Virus record (IMG/VR): IMGVR_UViG_3300027971_004105
Strand: one strand, 5' to 3'
DNA length: 64,000 nucleotides
DNA from: a virus
Lineage: Duplodnaviria > Caudoviricetes
Below the pieces are notes generated by a model that made no database searches, was not told the DNA's origin, and saw only the letters and a list, made by a program, of their open reading frames with translations. Positions 46,370-56,750 of this stretch are shown here, one piece after another. The stretch's first letter is position 1; each line of letters opens with the position of its first letter. A program made the translations under genes and the position numbers.

Positions 46370-48463
46370 ATGGCAAATAGAATACCACTCATAGTAGACA
46401 CCGGAGACGGCAACAAGATCAAAGAGTTGCCCATAGGTGATAATTTAGATCTCACAGGCTCAGGCATCAGTGGTGCCAGCAGCATTCAAGCCAATTCCAT
46501 GGCCACTACCACTGGCAGCATTGGCACACTCACCAGCAATAATATCACTGTGAACACCACAGCTGATTTGGGCAATGTGTCAGGTCTCACCATAGAAGGT
46601 GGCACAGTGGGTCAGGTGTTGACCACAGATGGCACCGGAGTACTCAGCTGGAGCACATTGGGCAACTACGATCAAAGTCTCAACACCACTGACGATGTAG
46701 AATTTAATTTTATCAATGCTAGAAGATTGGAAGCACCCATCAATGTCACTGCTGAGATACGCACCAGCAGCACAGGCAGCGGTGTAAAAACTTGGCAATT
46801 CAGCAGCGTGGGCAATTTAACTCTGCCAGCGGGTGGTGACATACGCAACAGCGATGGAAATTCCATCATAGGTTACACCAGTATTCAATCAGATGTGATA
46901 GCAGACACCAACAACACCAGAGACATAGGATCCAGTGCAGTAAAATGGGCTGAAGGACATTTCACCAATCTATATGGCACACTCACAGGCAATGTGGTGG
47001 GCAATGTCACAGGCAATGTCACAGGAAATTTAATAGGCACAGCAGATGTGGCCAGCACAGTGGCACTGACAGCCACCAACACCACCAATGCCACTCATTT
47101 TCCCATTTTTGTGGACTCTGCCACTGGCAATGAATCCATCAGAACCGACACAAGTTATACCTACAATCCCAGCACAGGAGTGATCAGCAGCACTGGTGTG
47201 TCAGTCACAGATGCCACAGTGTCCGGCACTGCCTACAGTTTCAATATCAGTTCCACAGGCACTGCCAACTTGACCACAGTGAATGTGGGCAACACACTGT
47301 CAGTCACTGCAGGTATAGAAGGAGATCTCACAGGTTCTGTGTATTCAGACAATTCCACACAGATGATCAATGGTGTCACTGGCAAAGTGGTAGGACCCAT
47401 AGAAGTCAACATTGCCAACATCAGCATCACAGGAGGCACGCCCAACCAAGTGATCAAAACCAATGGTTCGGGAGTTTTGAGTTTTGTGGATCAAACAGGT
47501 GGTGGAGGTGGAGGCGCAGTGGTTTTGGATGATCTCACAGATGTCACTATCACTTCAGCAGCCAATGGACAGATTTTAAAATACAATGGAGCAGCCTGGG
47601 TCAACAGTGTGGTACCCATCAATACCTTTGGCATCATTGCCACCACAGGATCAGCAGTGACCATCACTCCCGCAACCTTGGGTGACACATTCACTTTCAC
47701 AGCAGGCACAGGTATAACCATCGCACCCACAGCATTGAGCAAGACTTTGACCATCACCAACTCTGCTCCCAATGTGACACAAAATGTATTCACTACCATA
47801 GCAGTGGCAGGACAATCATCAGTGGTGGCAGACACCAGCACAGACACATTAACATTGGTGGCTGGCAACAATGTGACCATTACCACCAGTGACAGCACAG
47901 ACACTGTGACCATCAATGCCACTCATCCCAACACATTCACCAACATTGCTGTGGCAGGACAGAATTCACTGCTGGCAGACAATGTGAATGACACACTGAC
48001 AATCGCAGCTGGTTCAGGCATCACTGTCACTACCAACGACAGCACAGACACCATCACCATTGCTGCCACAGCAGTGAGTGGATTGGAGAGCAGAAGCACA
48101 GCCGCAGGCACCACCAGTTCATTGGCCAACACAGCTTCAGCGGATTTAAACATCACAGGATTCAAAGGATATGCTCTTTTAAAAATTCAAACATCAGTGG
48201 CTGCCTGGGTAAGATTGTATACTGATACTGCCAGTCGTTCCTCAGATTCAAGCAGACTGGAAGGAGTTGATCCTTCTCCGGATGCAGGAGTGATAGCAGA
48301 AGTGATCACCACAGGTAATCAAACCATACTGATGTCACCAGCTGTGATGGGATTCAACAATGAAAATACTCCCACAACCACCATCCCTGTGAGAGTGACC
48401 AATAAGAGTGGCAGCACTGCTGCTATCACAGTGACATTGACCTTGATAAAATTAGAAGCATAA
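46370..48463 (+). CDS. Repeat-containing tail-fibre/structural protein
   Basis: GNVT repeats, LDDLTDV motif, three ~50-aa repeats. Confidence 0.75.
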   Translation: MANRIPLIVDTGDGNKIKELPIGDNLDLTGSGISGASSIQANSMATTTGSIGTLTSNNITVNTTADLGNVSGLTIEGGTVGQVLTTDGTGVLSWSTLGNYDQSLNTTDDVEFNFINARRLEAPINVTAEIRTSSTGSGVKTWQFSSVGNLTLPAGGDIRNSDGNSIIGYTSIQSDVIADTNNTRDIGSSAVKWAEGHFTNLYGTLTGNVVGNVTGNVTGNLIGTADVASTVALTATNTTNATHFPIFVDSATGNESIRTDTSYTYNPSTGVISSTGVSVTDATVSGTAYSFNISSTGTANLTTVNVGNTLSVTAGIEGDLTGSVYSDNSTQMINGVTGKVVGPIEVNIANISITGGTPNQVIKTNGSGVLSFVDQTGGGGGGAVVLDDLTDVTITSAANGQILKYNGAAWVNSVVPINTFGIIATTGSAVTITPATLGDTFTFTAGTGITIAPTALSKTLTITNSAPNVTQNVFTTIAVAGQSSVVADTSTDTLTLVAGNNVTITTSDSTDTVTINATHPNTFTNIAVAGQNSLLADNVNDTLTIAAGSGITVTTNDSTDTITIAATAVSGLESRSTAAGTTSSLANTASADLNITGFKGYALLKIQTSVAAWVRLYTDTASRSSDSSRLEGVDPSPDAGVIAEVITTGNQTILMSPAVMGFNNENTPTTTIPVRVTNKSGSTAAITVTLTLIKLEA
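46988..47035 (+). repeat. 12-bp coding tandem repeat (GNVV-GNVT-GNVT-GNLI)
   Basis: GGCAATGTGGTG GGCAATGTCACA GGCAATGTCACA GGAAATTTAATA. Confidence 0.8.
47621..48076 (+). repeat. Three ~49-54 aa coding repeats (NxFxxIAVAGQ...ADxxxDTLTLxAG..ITITT.D..DT.TI)
   Basis: Units start at 47621, 47783 and 47930. Confidence 0.8.
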
Positions 48464-48466
48464 TTT

Positions 48467-50278
48467 ATGCCAAAAAAAATAATAGATGTAATTTTAAATA
48501 ATGATGTAAATAAACAACAATTTATTGATCAATTTAATAATGATAAAGTAGAACTATGGAACATTATGGAATCCATAGATAATTTAATTGTTGTCAATAT
48601 CGATGAAGATTATATAACAGAGTTTTCTAATAATTCTCAAATAAAAAATATAGATTTTAGATTATTCAAGCCAGTTCCTGCTTCACTACCTGATTTTTTT
48701 ACAACTACTAAAACTATTACTGCTGTTGCTCCTAGCACACTTTTAAGTGGTTCAAATTATATGCCCATGCAGTTTTATCTTGATACAGACATAATATATT
48801 CTTCGCAAAAATTAGGCAGTAATGATCCAGTTTCATCTTTAAATAATGCAACTTATTTTAATAGATGGACTGGAAAAAATGTGGATATAGTCAGTCTTGA
48901 AGTAGGACCTGTTAACAATACTTTGCAAGGAGTACATGCAACTCATCCAGATTTTTCAAATTTAGAATCTCCTGGAACTCCCAGAGTGATTGCTAAAAAT
49001 TGGACAGATTTAGAAGATACTAGCAATAATCAAATATCTTCCAATAGAGTTTTTAGTTCACATGCAATGGGAGTACTCAGTGCGGCTGCAGGAACCATAT
49101 GTGGTTTTGCTAAAAAATCTAATCTTTATGTTGCATATCTAACAGCCGAAGATGGAACGGTTGAATGTATCAATGCCATAATTTCTTGGCACAATAGTAA
49201 ACCTGTAAATCCTATCACAGGTGTTCCTAATCCTACCATCATGATAGGTGAATATCAGTATCTTGTAGATAGAAATTATGGAATTAAAATAGATGATATC
49301 AACAGTATAACTACTCCCAGTGGAACAGTTAATAGACCAGGAGCAAGTTGGGGAGTGGATTTAACTCCGTTCACATCAAGAAATATAATACCTTTTAGAA
49401 TTCAAGATCCTAACACATTAAATTTTGAATGGTGTGCAGTATTTCCTTACCCTTTACAAAACACTCCACTTAAAGTTGCCTTAGAAGCTGCTTGGGACGC
49501 TGGCATAGTCAATTTTAATGCAGCTGGAAACAATGGAGGAGTGTATGTGAAAGATTCTGATCCAAGATGGAGCGGCACTTTTTGTTCTTCCAGTGGTACA
49601 ATTATTAGATATGATATAAGTTATTCTAGTACCACAATTGTTACACGCACAACAACAAATCAAACCACAGCTTATCCTTTTAGAGCATATGGTCCGAATG
49701 GTTTAGATAAAAGTATAGATGTGGCTGCTGGACAAAATTCAGAAACATATCAAATACTTGATGCTTATTCCAATAGAGGTCCAGGAATAGATATTGTAGG
49801 ATTGGGAGAAAGTACCTGGACTGCATATCCACAGAGTACTTACGCTGATGGTAATAGTTGGGGAATGTTTAGTGGCACTAGTTGTGCTACTCCCACTGTG
49901 GTAGGTAAAGCAGCCTGTATGATGGAAAGATATTACTTTTATAATAATCAATGGCCTACGAATACGCAAATAAAAACTATATTACTTTCAGAAGCTAAAT
50001 CCGTGGTAGAGAATGTTGATAGTACTACATGGAACAACAGACCAGCTGCCTCTACTAACTATAGTGTCGCAGCATTTTATAACCTCAAAAGTTATGTAAA
50101 TTGGATTCAAAATAATTTTTTCTCTCCCAATGGAGGATTTCGATTAGGAGAACTGGCAGGAACCACTACGAAAAGAGCATTTTTTAATGCTCAAAGTTTT
50201 CAAAGAAATCAAACACAAGGTAAAAGACCTGTTTCAGGTGCTGCTTACCCCAGAACAAAGATCAGAAGATTTGGTTAA
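48467..50278 (+). CDS. Subtilisin-like (S8) serine protease, AT-rich insert
   Basis: SHAMGV (His), AAGN, SGTSCATP (Ser); acid site reads LEVG. Confidence 0.85.
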   Translation: MPKKIIDVILNNDVNKQQFIDQFNNDKVELWNIMESIDNLIVVNIDEDYITEFSNNSQIKNIDFRLFKPVPASLPDFFTTTKTITAVAPSTLLSGSNYMPMQFYLDTDIIYSSQKLGSNDPVSSLNNATYFNRWTGKNVDIVSLEVGPVNNTLQGVHATHPDFSNLESPGTPRVIAKNWTDLEDTSNNQISSNRVFSSHAMGVLSAAAGTICGFAKKSNLYVAYLTAEDGTVECINAIISWHNSKPVNPITGVPNPTIMIGEYQYLVDRNYGIKIDDINSITTPSGTVNRPGASWGVDLTPFTSRNIIPFRIQDPNTLNFEWCAVFPYPLQNTPLKVALEAAWDAGIVNFNAAGNNGGVYVKDSDPRWSGTFCSSSGTIIRYDISYSSTTIVTRTTTNQTTAYPFRAYGPNGLDKSIDVAAGQNSETYQILDAYSNRGPGIDIVGLGESTWTAYPQSTYADGNSWGMFSGTSCATPTVVGKAACMMERYYFYNNQWPTNTQIKTILLSEAKSVVENVDSTTWNNRPAASTNYSVAAFYNLKSYVNWIQNNFFSPNGGFRLGELAGTTTKRAFFNAQSFQRNQTQGKRPVSGAAYPRTKIRRFG

Positions 50279-50302
50279 AAACACAGAAAGATAAATACTG
50301 AT

Positions 50303-51004
50303 ATGCCCATAAGCAACATAAACATAGGAACCATTGCCAATGACGGCACAGGTGATGATTTACGCGAAGCGTTTATCAAAGTCAATAATAACTTTGCTGA
50401 ACTCAACGCAAGAGATCCTGAATCAACCACAGTCAGCAACAGACTCACAGACACCAACTCTATCAAAGGGGTATTTTATCAAAAATCAGGTGTGGATCTA
50501 CAATTCAAAAGTTTAGAAGCAGGCAGCAATATATCATTCACCAGCAACAATGACAAAATCACCATCACTTCATCAGGAGTGGTGAGCATATTGGTGTTTG
50601 GTGACACAGGCCCTCATTTGACCATCAACAGCGTGGGCATGTTGGAAGTGTTTGGCACCGGTGGTGCTGCCACAAGAACTCTCAGCAATGGAACCACTTT
50701 AGAAATAGAATCTTTGTTGGCCAATGAAAGTAATCCCACACTCAGTGCCACTCTTACAGGTGCTGGCAATGACATAGTGGGTATTGACAACATTCAAGCT
50801 GCCAATGTGGATGCATTGGTGTATGATATTGATGTGAGTGATAGAAATTCATTCATTGGTTTTGACATGGGTGAGATTCAACTGGATGCTGCCAACAATG
50901 AGAATATCACCAACTTATTAGATCTTTATTTCAGCCAAAATCCAGTGGACATGGGCACCATTGCATCTCCCAACGCCACTGTGTTTGACTTCGGCGCTAT
51001 ATAA
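50303..51004 (+). CDS. Structural protein with gp9/gp10-like N-terminus
   Basis: NDGTGDDLREAFIKVNNNF; TAAATA 5 nt upstream. Confidence 0.75.
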   Translation: MPISNINIGTIANDGTGDDLREAFIKVNNNFAELNARDPESTTVSNRLTDTNSIKGVFYQKSGVDLQFKSLEAGSNISFTSNNDKITITSSGVVSILVFGDTGPHLTINSVGMLEVFGTGGAATRTLSNGTTLEIESLLANESNPTLSATLTGAGNDIVGIDNIQAANVDALVYDIDVSDRNSFIGFDMGEIQLDAANNENITNLLDLYFSQNPVDMGTIASPNATVFDFGAI

Positions 51005-51025
51005 TTCTCTCGATAAATACAACAT

Positions 51026-53545
51026 ATGAGCAACTTGTGGACACAGCCAACCGGATATTCATTGGGCACTATTGCTGAAAGAACTGTAACCACCATCAGT
51101 TTGCCAGTGAACACAGTGGATTCCATACTTGTGATAGCAGGCACTTTGCCTGGTGGTTTGAGACTGCAGGGCACTGCTATTGTGGGCACCACAGTGGAGG
51201 TTGCTAGAACCACACAATCAAGATTTGTGCTGCGAGCTCGATTGGGTAACGATATTCAAGATAGAACCTACAGTATCACAGTGGCAGGACCAGATGATCC
51301 TGTTTGGATCACTCCATCAGGTCAATTGCCTGTGGGTGAAAACAATGCATTGTTTGTGTTGGACAGTGCTTACATAGATTATCAATTGGAAGCCACTGAT
51401 ACAGATCTTTCAGCTGGTGATGAATTGGAATATTATATTGCCCGAGGTGATGGAGAATTACCACCAGGCATCACACTCACCAAAACAGGCAGATTGACCG
51501 GAGTGATAGATCCTGTGTTGGCTTTGGACATAGCAGCCAGCAGTGGTCATTATGATGTCAATACTTTCAGTGCATTTCCTTATGATTTTGGATTGAGAAG
51601 TGCCAGTGGATTTGAAAGTTTTTATTATGACGTGGAATTTTATGATTATGCCATAGGCACCAGATCACCCAAAAAATTAAATCGTTATTATGAATTCACA
51701 GTGAGTGTGAGTGATGGTGACAGTGTAGTCAAACGCACTTTTAGAATATTTGTGGTGGGAGATGATTTTTTACGAGCAGACAACACCATATTACAAGTGG
51801 GTGGCGGAACATTCACTTCGGATGGCACTTATATCAGAACTCCACAGTGGCTCACTCCAAGAGATTTGGGCTACAGAAGAGCCAACAATTATGTCACACT
51901 GTATCTGGAACTGTATGACCCCAACACCCTCACAGGTTATGTGGCCTACACACTGAGACCCACCAATGATGACGCCACAGTGAGCACACTGCCTCCAGGT
52001 TGCACACTGGACAGCACTTCAGGTGAAGTGGCAGGTCGAGTGCCTTATCAACCAGCAGTGACCAAAGAATATAAATTCACTGTGAGAGCCACAAGATTTG
52101 GAGCCAACAATGAAAGTCTAGCCATCAAAGACAAAACATTTGTGGTGAAAGTACTGGGAGAAGTGGACAGTGTGATCACCTGGAACACTGACAGTGATTT
52201 GGGCAGTATCAATGCCAACTTTGTGAGCACTCTATTCATTGCAGCCACCACCACAGTGCCCAATGCTCAATTGAGATATGTGATCACTGCAGGTGCATTG
52301 CCCAACGGATTAACATTGGCATTGGACGGAGAAATATTAGGCAAAGTGAGACAGTTTCCTTTGAATGGATTATTGGGACTCACCACATTTGACAACAGAG
52401 ATTTAACTTTGGACAACAATCAAACCAGCGTGGACAGAACTTTTGTGTTCACAGTGGAAGCCAGAGATCAATTTGGATACAGTGCTACCACAAGAACTTT
52501 CACATTGAAAGTGATAGCTGCCAGTGATTTATTGTACAGCAATCTTTATGTGAGACCTTTTTTAAAAATTGATCAAAGAAATTCTTATCTAGCATTGATA
52601 GGAGATCCAGAAATTTTTAAACCCAGTTCCATATATAGACCCAATGACGAACTGTTTGGTATCCAAAAACAATTAAAAATGTTGGTGTATGCTGGTATTG
52701 AAACCAAGACCATCAATTATTACGTGGCTGCCACAGCAAAAAATCATCGCAGAAAAAGATATCAGTTGGGCTCAGTGAAGACTGCAGAGGCCAAGGAACC
52801 TGGCACCAACACAGTGCTGTATGAAGTGGTGTATGTGGAAATTGTGGATCCCCTGGATGATGCGTCACAGCAGATGGCCAGCAAGATCAAGATCAAAAAC
52901 AACAACATCATAACCATCAGCCAAACTGAAATTGAAGTGTTGGATGATGTGACCAAATTAAATGTGGGTGGCAATACCTATACATTGTATGCCAACAATA
53001 ATCTGCCCATTGCTGTGGGCACCATAGGCAACAATCTGCAGATCTATGCCCGAACAGGCAGTCTTATTTTAAACACAGTGACTGGCATATTGAGTGTGAC
53101 TCTACAGAATGGCACCGTGTTGAATGTGGGCACAGTGGTGAATAATCCCACAGACGCATTTAGATTCAGACCCAATCACAGTGTGATCAGAGTGGACAGC
53201 AACATATTAAACATTGCCAATCCCAATGACATCGAAAGATATGTGAGCAATACCACCAACATGCGTGCCAATCTTAAATTGATAGGTGAAACAGAATCAG
53301 AGTTTTTGCCCTTATGGATGCGTACAGCACAGAAAGGACAAACACAGCCATTGGGATATATCACAGCAGTGCCATTGTGTTATTGCAAACCAGGCACCAG
53401 TGCTGCCATTGTGACAGCATTAAAAAACAATGATTTTGATTTTAAACAGATAGATTTTGAAATAGACAGGTACATCATAGACAGCACCACTGAAAGCGGC
53501 ACAGAACAGTATGTTATGTTCCCCAATTATCAATATAACATTTAA
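51026..53545 (+). CDS. Baseplate-wedge-like protein with Ig-like repeats
   Basis: Repeated LPPGxxL...GxxxG motifs; TAAATA 6 nt upstream. Confidence 0.7.
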   Translation: MSNLWTQPTGYSLGTIAERTVTTISLPVNTVDSILVIAGTLPGGLRLQGTAIVGTTVEVARTTQSRFVLRARLGNDIQDRTYSITVAGPDDPVWITPSGQLPVGENNALFVLDSAYIDYQLEATDTDLSAGDELEYYIARGDGELPPGITLTKTGRLTGVIDPVLALDIAASSGHYDVNTFSAFPYDFGLRSASGFESFYYDVEFYDYAIGTRSPKKLNRYYEFTVSVSDGDSVVKRTFRIFVVGDDFLRADNTILQVGGGTFTSDGTYIRTPQWLTPRDLGYRRANNYVTLYLELYDPNTLTGYVAYTLRPTNDDATVSTLPPGCTLDSTSGEVAGRVPYQPAVTKEYKFTVRATRFGANNESLAIKDKTFVVKVLGEVDSVITWNTDSDLGSINANFVSTLFIAATTTVPNAQLRYVITAGALPNGLTLALDGEILGKVRQFPLNGLLGLTTFDNRDLTLDNNQTSVDRTFVFTVEARDQFGYSATTRTFTLKVIAASDLLYSNLYVRPFLKIDQRNSYLALIGDPEIFKPSSIYRPNDELFGIQKQLKMLVYAGIETKTINYYVAATAKNHRRKRYQLGSVKTAEAKEPGTNTVLYEVVYVEIVDPLDDASQQMASKIKIKNNNIITISQTEIEVLDDVTKLNVGGNTYTLYANNNLPIAVGTIGNNLQIYARTGSLILNTVTGILSVTLQNGTVLNVGTVVNNPTDAFRFRPNHSVIRVDSNILNIANPNDIERYVSNTTNMRANLKLIGETESEFLPLWMRTAQKGQTQPLGYITAVPLCYCKPGTSAAIVTALKNNDFDFKQIDFEIDRYIIDSTTESGTEQYVMFPNYQYNI

Positions 53546-53590
53546 AGCATGAAGCAAACAGATAAATAAGTACAAACAGTAAGGAAAAAT

Positions 53591-54154
53591 ATGCCCAGCA
53601 ACATCAACACAACCAGCATTGATCAGACATACCCTGTGGCAGGGCAGGACAACAACAGCCAAGGATTTAGAGATAATTTTACCACTATCAAAAGTAATTT
53701 TGTCACAGCCAAAGCAGAAATAGAAACATTACAAACCAATACTGCCAAACTGAATGCTGCCAATAATTTTGGCAACAACAGCATCACAGGTGCTAAATTT
53801 ATCAACAACACCACCACAGTGTACAGTGCAGGCACCATAACCACTGCACAAAATATCAGCATAGAGAATGGAAATTTTCAAACATTCATCGTGGGAGCAA
53901 ATTTAACACTGACTTTCACTGATTGGCCCACAGTAACCAATGGCTTGTCCAGCATCATTGTGGAATTAAAAAGTGATAGCACACTGAGAACTGTGGTATG
54001 GAGCACAGAGAACGCAGGATTGATCTACAAAGACTCAGATTTCCCCACACCATTCACAGTGCCTGCCAATCAAAATCCTTTGTATGTGGAATTTTGGACC
54101 TACAATCAGGGCGCCACAGTGTTTGGCAAATACTTGGGTTCATTCAGCAACTAA
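53591..54154 (+). CDS. Structural protein
   Basis: YPVAGQDNNSQGFRDNF N-terminus; SD AAGGA. Confidence 0.7.
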   Translation: MPSNINTTSIDQTYPVAGQDNNSQGFRDNFTTIKSNFVTAKAEIETLQTNTAKLNAANNFGNNSITGAKFINNTTTVYSAGTITTAQNISIENGNFQTFIVGANLTLTFTDWPTVTNGLSSIIVELKSDSTLRTVVWSTENAGLIYKDSDFPTPFTVPANQNPLYVEFWTYNQGATVFGKYLGSFSN

Positions 54155-54163
54155 TTCACTGTC

Positions 54164-54397
54164 ATGTTTCATCCACTCAGCGAGGATCTTAATCAGTACA
54201 GCATCAGTCAATTGGAATCCAAACTATCGGATTTACGTACCAAATATTTTCAAAGCCGCAATCCACAACTGCGTCAGCAGATTGGTGTGTTTGTGGAAGT
54301 GTACAATCAAGAGCTCAAACAGAGATTGGCAGCAGAACAATTGAAAATGGCAAAAGATACCGGAAAAGATCTTGACAATCTCATCAATATCGATTAA
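54164..54397 (+). CDS. Hypothetical helical protein
   Basis: 77-aa ORF. Confidence 0.7.
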   Translation: MFHPLSEDLNQYSISQLESKLSDLRTKYFQSRNPQLRQQIGVFVEVYNQELKQRLAAEQLKMAKDTGKDLDNLINID

Positions 54398-54418
54398 TAT
54401 ACAGCATAATATTCCGTT

Positions 54419-54934
54419 ATGCGAACAGACAGTTTAGGTTTACCCATATTCGATCATCATGACGCTGTGGATTTAATTTACCAAAATAAATTATCAGTGC
54501 TCACAGATCTTCAGTTTGAATCTCATCAAGAAATCGATATTTTTAATCAATCAGCACAGCTCACAGGAGTGGGCACACCTTTGAGAGTGTACAAGTCCAT
54601 GCTGGTGGATGTGAAAGAATTTGACAAGTTGCTGCAGAGTGAATGGTTCATGCCAGACAGTGTGAAAAAATTTGACATTGAATCACACATATTAAACATT
54701 GCTCCCAAACATGCTCAGGCGAGAGTACAGGAAGAATTGGCAGCATTCAAACAACACAATTATTTGAATCTATTGAAATTTTTGCATTATTTGGTACAAA
54801 ACATGCGTGAGAACCAAATTCTTTGGGGAGTGGGTCGAGGCAGTTCAGTGGCATCCTATGTGCTGTATCTGTTGGGTGTACACAGAATTGATTCCATCCA
54901 ATATGGCTTGGACTGGCGAGAGTTCCTTAGATAA
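54419..54934 (+). CDS. DNA polymerase III alpha (DnaE)-like fragment
   Basis: WGVGRGSSVASYVLYLLGVHRID...EFLR; TTGACA-17nt-TAATAT at 54372-54400. Confidence 0.8.
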   Translation: MRTDSLGLPIFDHHDAVDLIYQNKLSVLTDLQFESHQEIDIFNQSAQLTGVGTPLRVYKSMLVDVKEFDKLLQSEWFMPDSVKKFDIESHILNIAPKHAQARVQEELAAFKQHNYLNLLKFLHYLVQNMRENQILWGVGRGSSVASYVLYLLGVHRIDSIQYGLDWREFLR

Positions 54935-54961
54935 ATACACACATAATAGGAGACAACAAAT

Positions 54962-55261
54962 ATGGCTATCAAACAGAGTGGTAACAAAGTTTACAAGAGT
55001 ATGCAGGGCAAACAGATTGATATTGATCTGTTGAGACAACGCAACGAATTAACTCCAGCTGTGGGCAATGCTAGAGTGAATGCTCGCGGTGACGAATTAG
55101 GCGCTGGTGGAAAAATTGTTCGCAAACGTGAGGAAGTTTTGGCTGATTATTACAGAGATCATCCTAAGACTGTGCCTACCACAAGAGCAAAAGCAAAAGC
55201 AGACAACACCAATGAAGAGTGGGTGGAAGATGCTGAAGGTAATTTCGTTAAGAAAAAATAA
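54962..55261 (+). CDS. Hypothetical protein
   Basis: SD AGGAG; AVGNARVNARGDELG. Confidence 0.8.
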   Translation: MAIKQSGNKVYKSMQGKQIDIDLLRQRNELTPAVGNARVNARGDELGAGGKIVRKREEVLADYYRDHPKTVPTTRAKAKADNTNEEWVEDAEGNFVKKK

Positions 55262-55264
55262 ACT

Positions 55265-55624
55265 ATGAGCTCATACAAGATTCTTGAGGGAGAATTGATT
55301 CCGATCAAGGATCGCGTGATTGTGAGCGACATGAGTTTCGATTCTATAACCACCAAAGGTGGCATCATATTGAATTCAGATGATGGCAAGGTGCATGGTA
55401 TCAAACCTAGATGGGCCAAAGTGTACGCCAAAGGTCGAGACAACACAGATGAATACACTGTGGGTGATTGGATTTTGGTGGAGCACGGCAGATGGACCAG
55501 AGGTGTCAAAATCAAAACCAACCACACAGAACAGGTGCTACAGATGGTGGAAGCCAAAAGTGTGATGATTTGGGCAAAAGAAAAACCAGAAGAATCCTAC
55601 GTGAACAAAGAAAATCAACTTTAA
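55265..55624 (+). CDS. groES: GroES-like co-chaperonin
   Basis: PIKDRVIV, TKGGIIL mobile loop, VGDWILV. Confidence 0.8.
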   Translation: MSSYKILEGELIPIKDRVIVSDMSFDSITTKGGIILNSDDGKVHGIKPRWAKVYAKGRDNTDEYTVGDWILVEHGRWTRGVKIKTNHTEQVLQMVEAKSVMIWAKEKPEESYVNKENQL

Positions 55625-55664
55625 AATACTTGACTTTCCACACAATCTGTCATATACTGATGGT

Positions 55665-55832
55665 ATGAAATTTCCTGAAACTAGAAATCCTGGATTAAAC
55701 ACCACTGGTGTGTTGGGTATCACATTGATGATATTGCATATCACAGGATATCTTATGGGATGGTGGTGGGTGTTGATATACATACCTTTGATACTATCAG
55801 GCATGGGACAAGAATTTTTAAAAAGGAGCTAA
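55665..55832 (+). CDS. 55-aa two-TM membrane protein (leaderless), absent from the ORF track
   Basis: TTGACT-17nt-TATACT at 55630-55658, ATG 6 nt later; TAATG overlap with the next gene. Confidence 0.7.
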   Translation: MKFPETRNPGLNTTGVLGITLMILHITGYLMGWWWVLIYIPLILSGMGQEFLKRS

Positions 55833-56749
55833 TGAAAGAACTTTGGACAGAAAAATACAGACCTAAAACACTGGATCAATATGTGTTTAGAGATGAACAT
55901 CAGAAAAAACAAATTCAAACTTGGGTCAAAGATAAGAGCATTCCTCATTTGTTGTTCAGCGGCAATGCTGGCATAGGCAAAACCACATTGGCCAAGATAC
56001 TATTGAATGAATTACAAGTGAATGATCTGGATGTGTTGGAAATCAACGCCAGCAGAACAAACTCTGTGGATGATGTCAGAGCTAAAATTGTTAACTTTGT
56101 GCAGATGATTCCGTTTGGTGATTTTAAAGTGGTATTATTGGATGAAGCAGACTATCTATCTCCCAACGCACAGGCAGCACTGCGTGGTGTGATGGAAGAA
56201 TATCACACAACATCAAGGTTTATATTAACTTGCAACTATCCCAACAGAGTTATACCAGCATTACACAGCAGATGTCAAGGATTCCACATTGAACGTGTGG
56301 ATCAAACAGAATTCACAGCCAGAGTGGCTGAAATATTAATGAAAGAAGGAGTAACTCCAGATTTAGAAACATTGGACACTTATGTTAAAGCCACATATCC
56401 AGATCTTCGAAAGTGTATCAATGTGGTACAAATGAACGCACAGAATGGCGTGTTATTAAAACCACAAAAAAGCGACACAGGAGAATCAGATTACAAACTG
56501 GGCATGGTAGAATTATTCAAAGCAGGTAAAATCACTGAAGCAAGAAAGTTGGTATGCAGTCAAGTGAGACCCGATGAAGTGGAAGACATTTACAAATGGA
56601 TGTATGATAATATCACATTGTTTGGTAATGACACACGCCAAGAAAAAGCTATTATAATCATAAAACAAGGACTAGTGGATCATACACTGGTGGGAGATCC
56701 TGAAATAAATCTTGCTGCCACCATGATCAAACTTTCCCATATGGAATAA
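55832..56749 (+). CDS. Clamp loader AAA+ subunit (RFC small / gp44-like)
   Basis: WTEKYRP, GNAGIGKTT, LEINAS, LDEAD, SRC. Confidence 0.93.
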   Translation: MKELWTEKYRPKTLDQYVFRDEHQKKQIQTWVKDKSIPHLLFSGNAGIGKTTLAKILLNELQVNDLDVLEINASRTNSVDDVRAKIVNFVQMIPFGDFKVVLLDEADYLSPNAQAALRGVMEEYHTTSRFILTCNYPNRVIPALHSRCQGFHIERVDQTEFTARVAEILMKEGVTPDLETLDTYVKATYPDLRKCINVVQMNAQNGVLLKPQKSDTGESDYKLGMVELFKAGKITEARKLVCSQVRPDEVEDIYKWMYDNITLFGNDTRQEKAIIIIKQGLVDHTLVGDPEINLAATMIKLSHME

Positions 56750-56750
56750 C

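Noticed and set aside
46988-47035. Short direct repeats as a possible CRISPR or regulatory array
   Set aside because: In-frame 12-bp units encoding GNVT fibre repeats; no spacers and no cas genes
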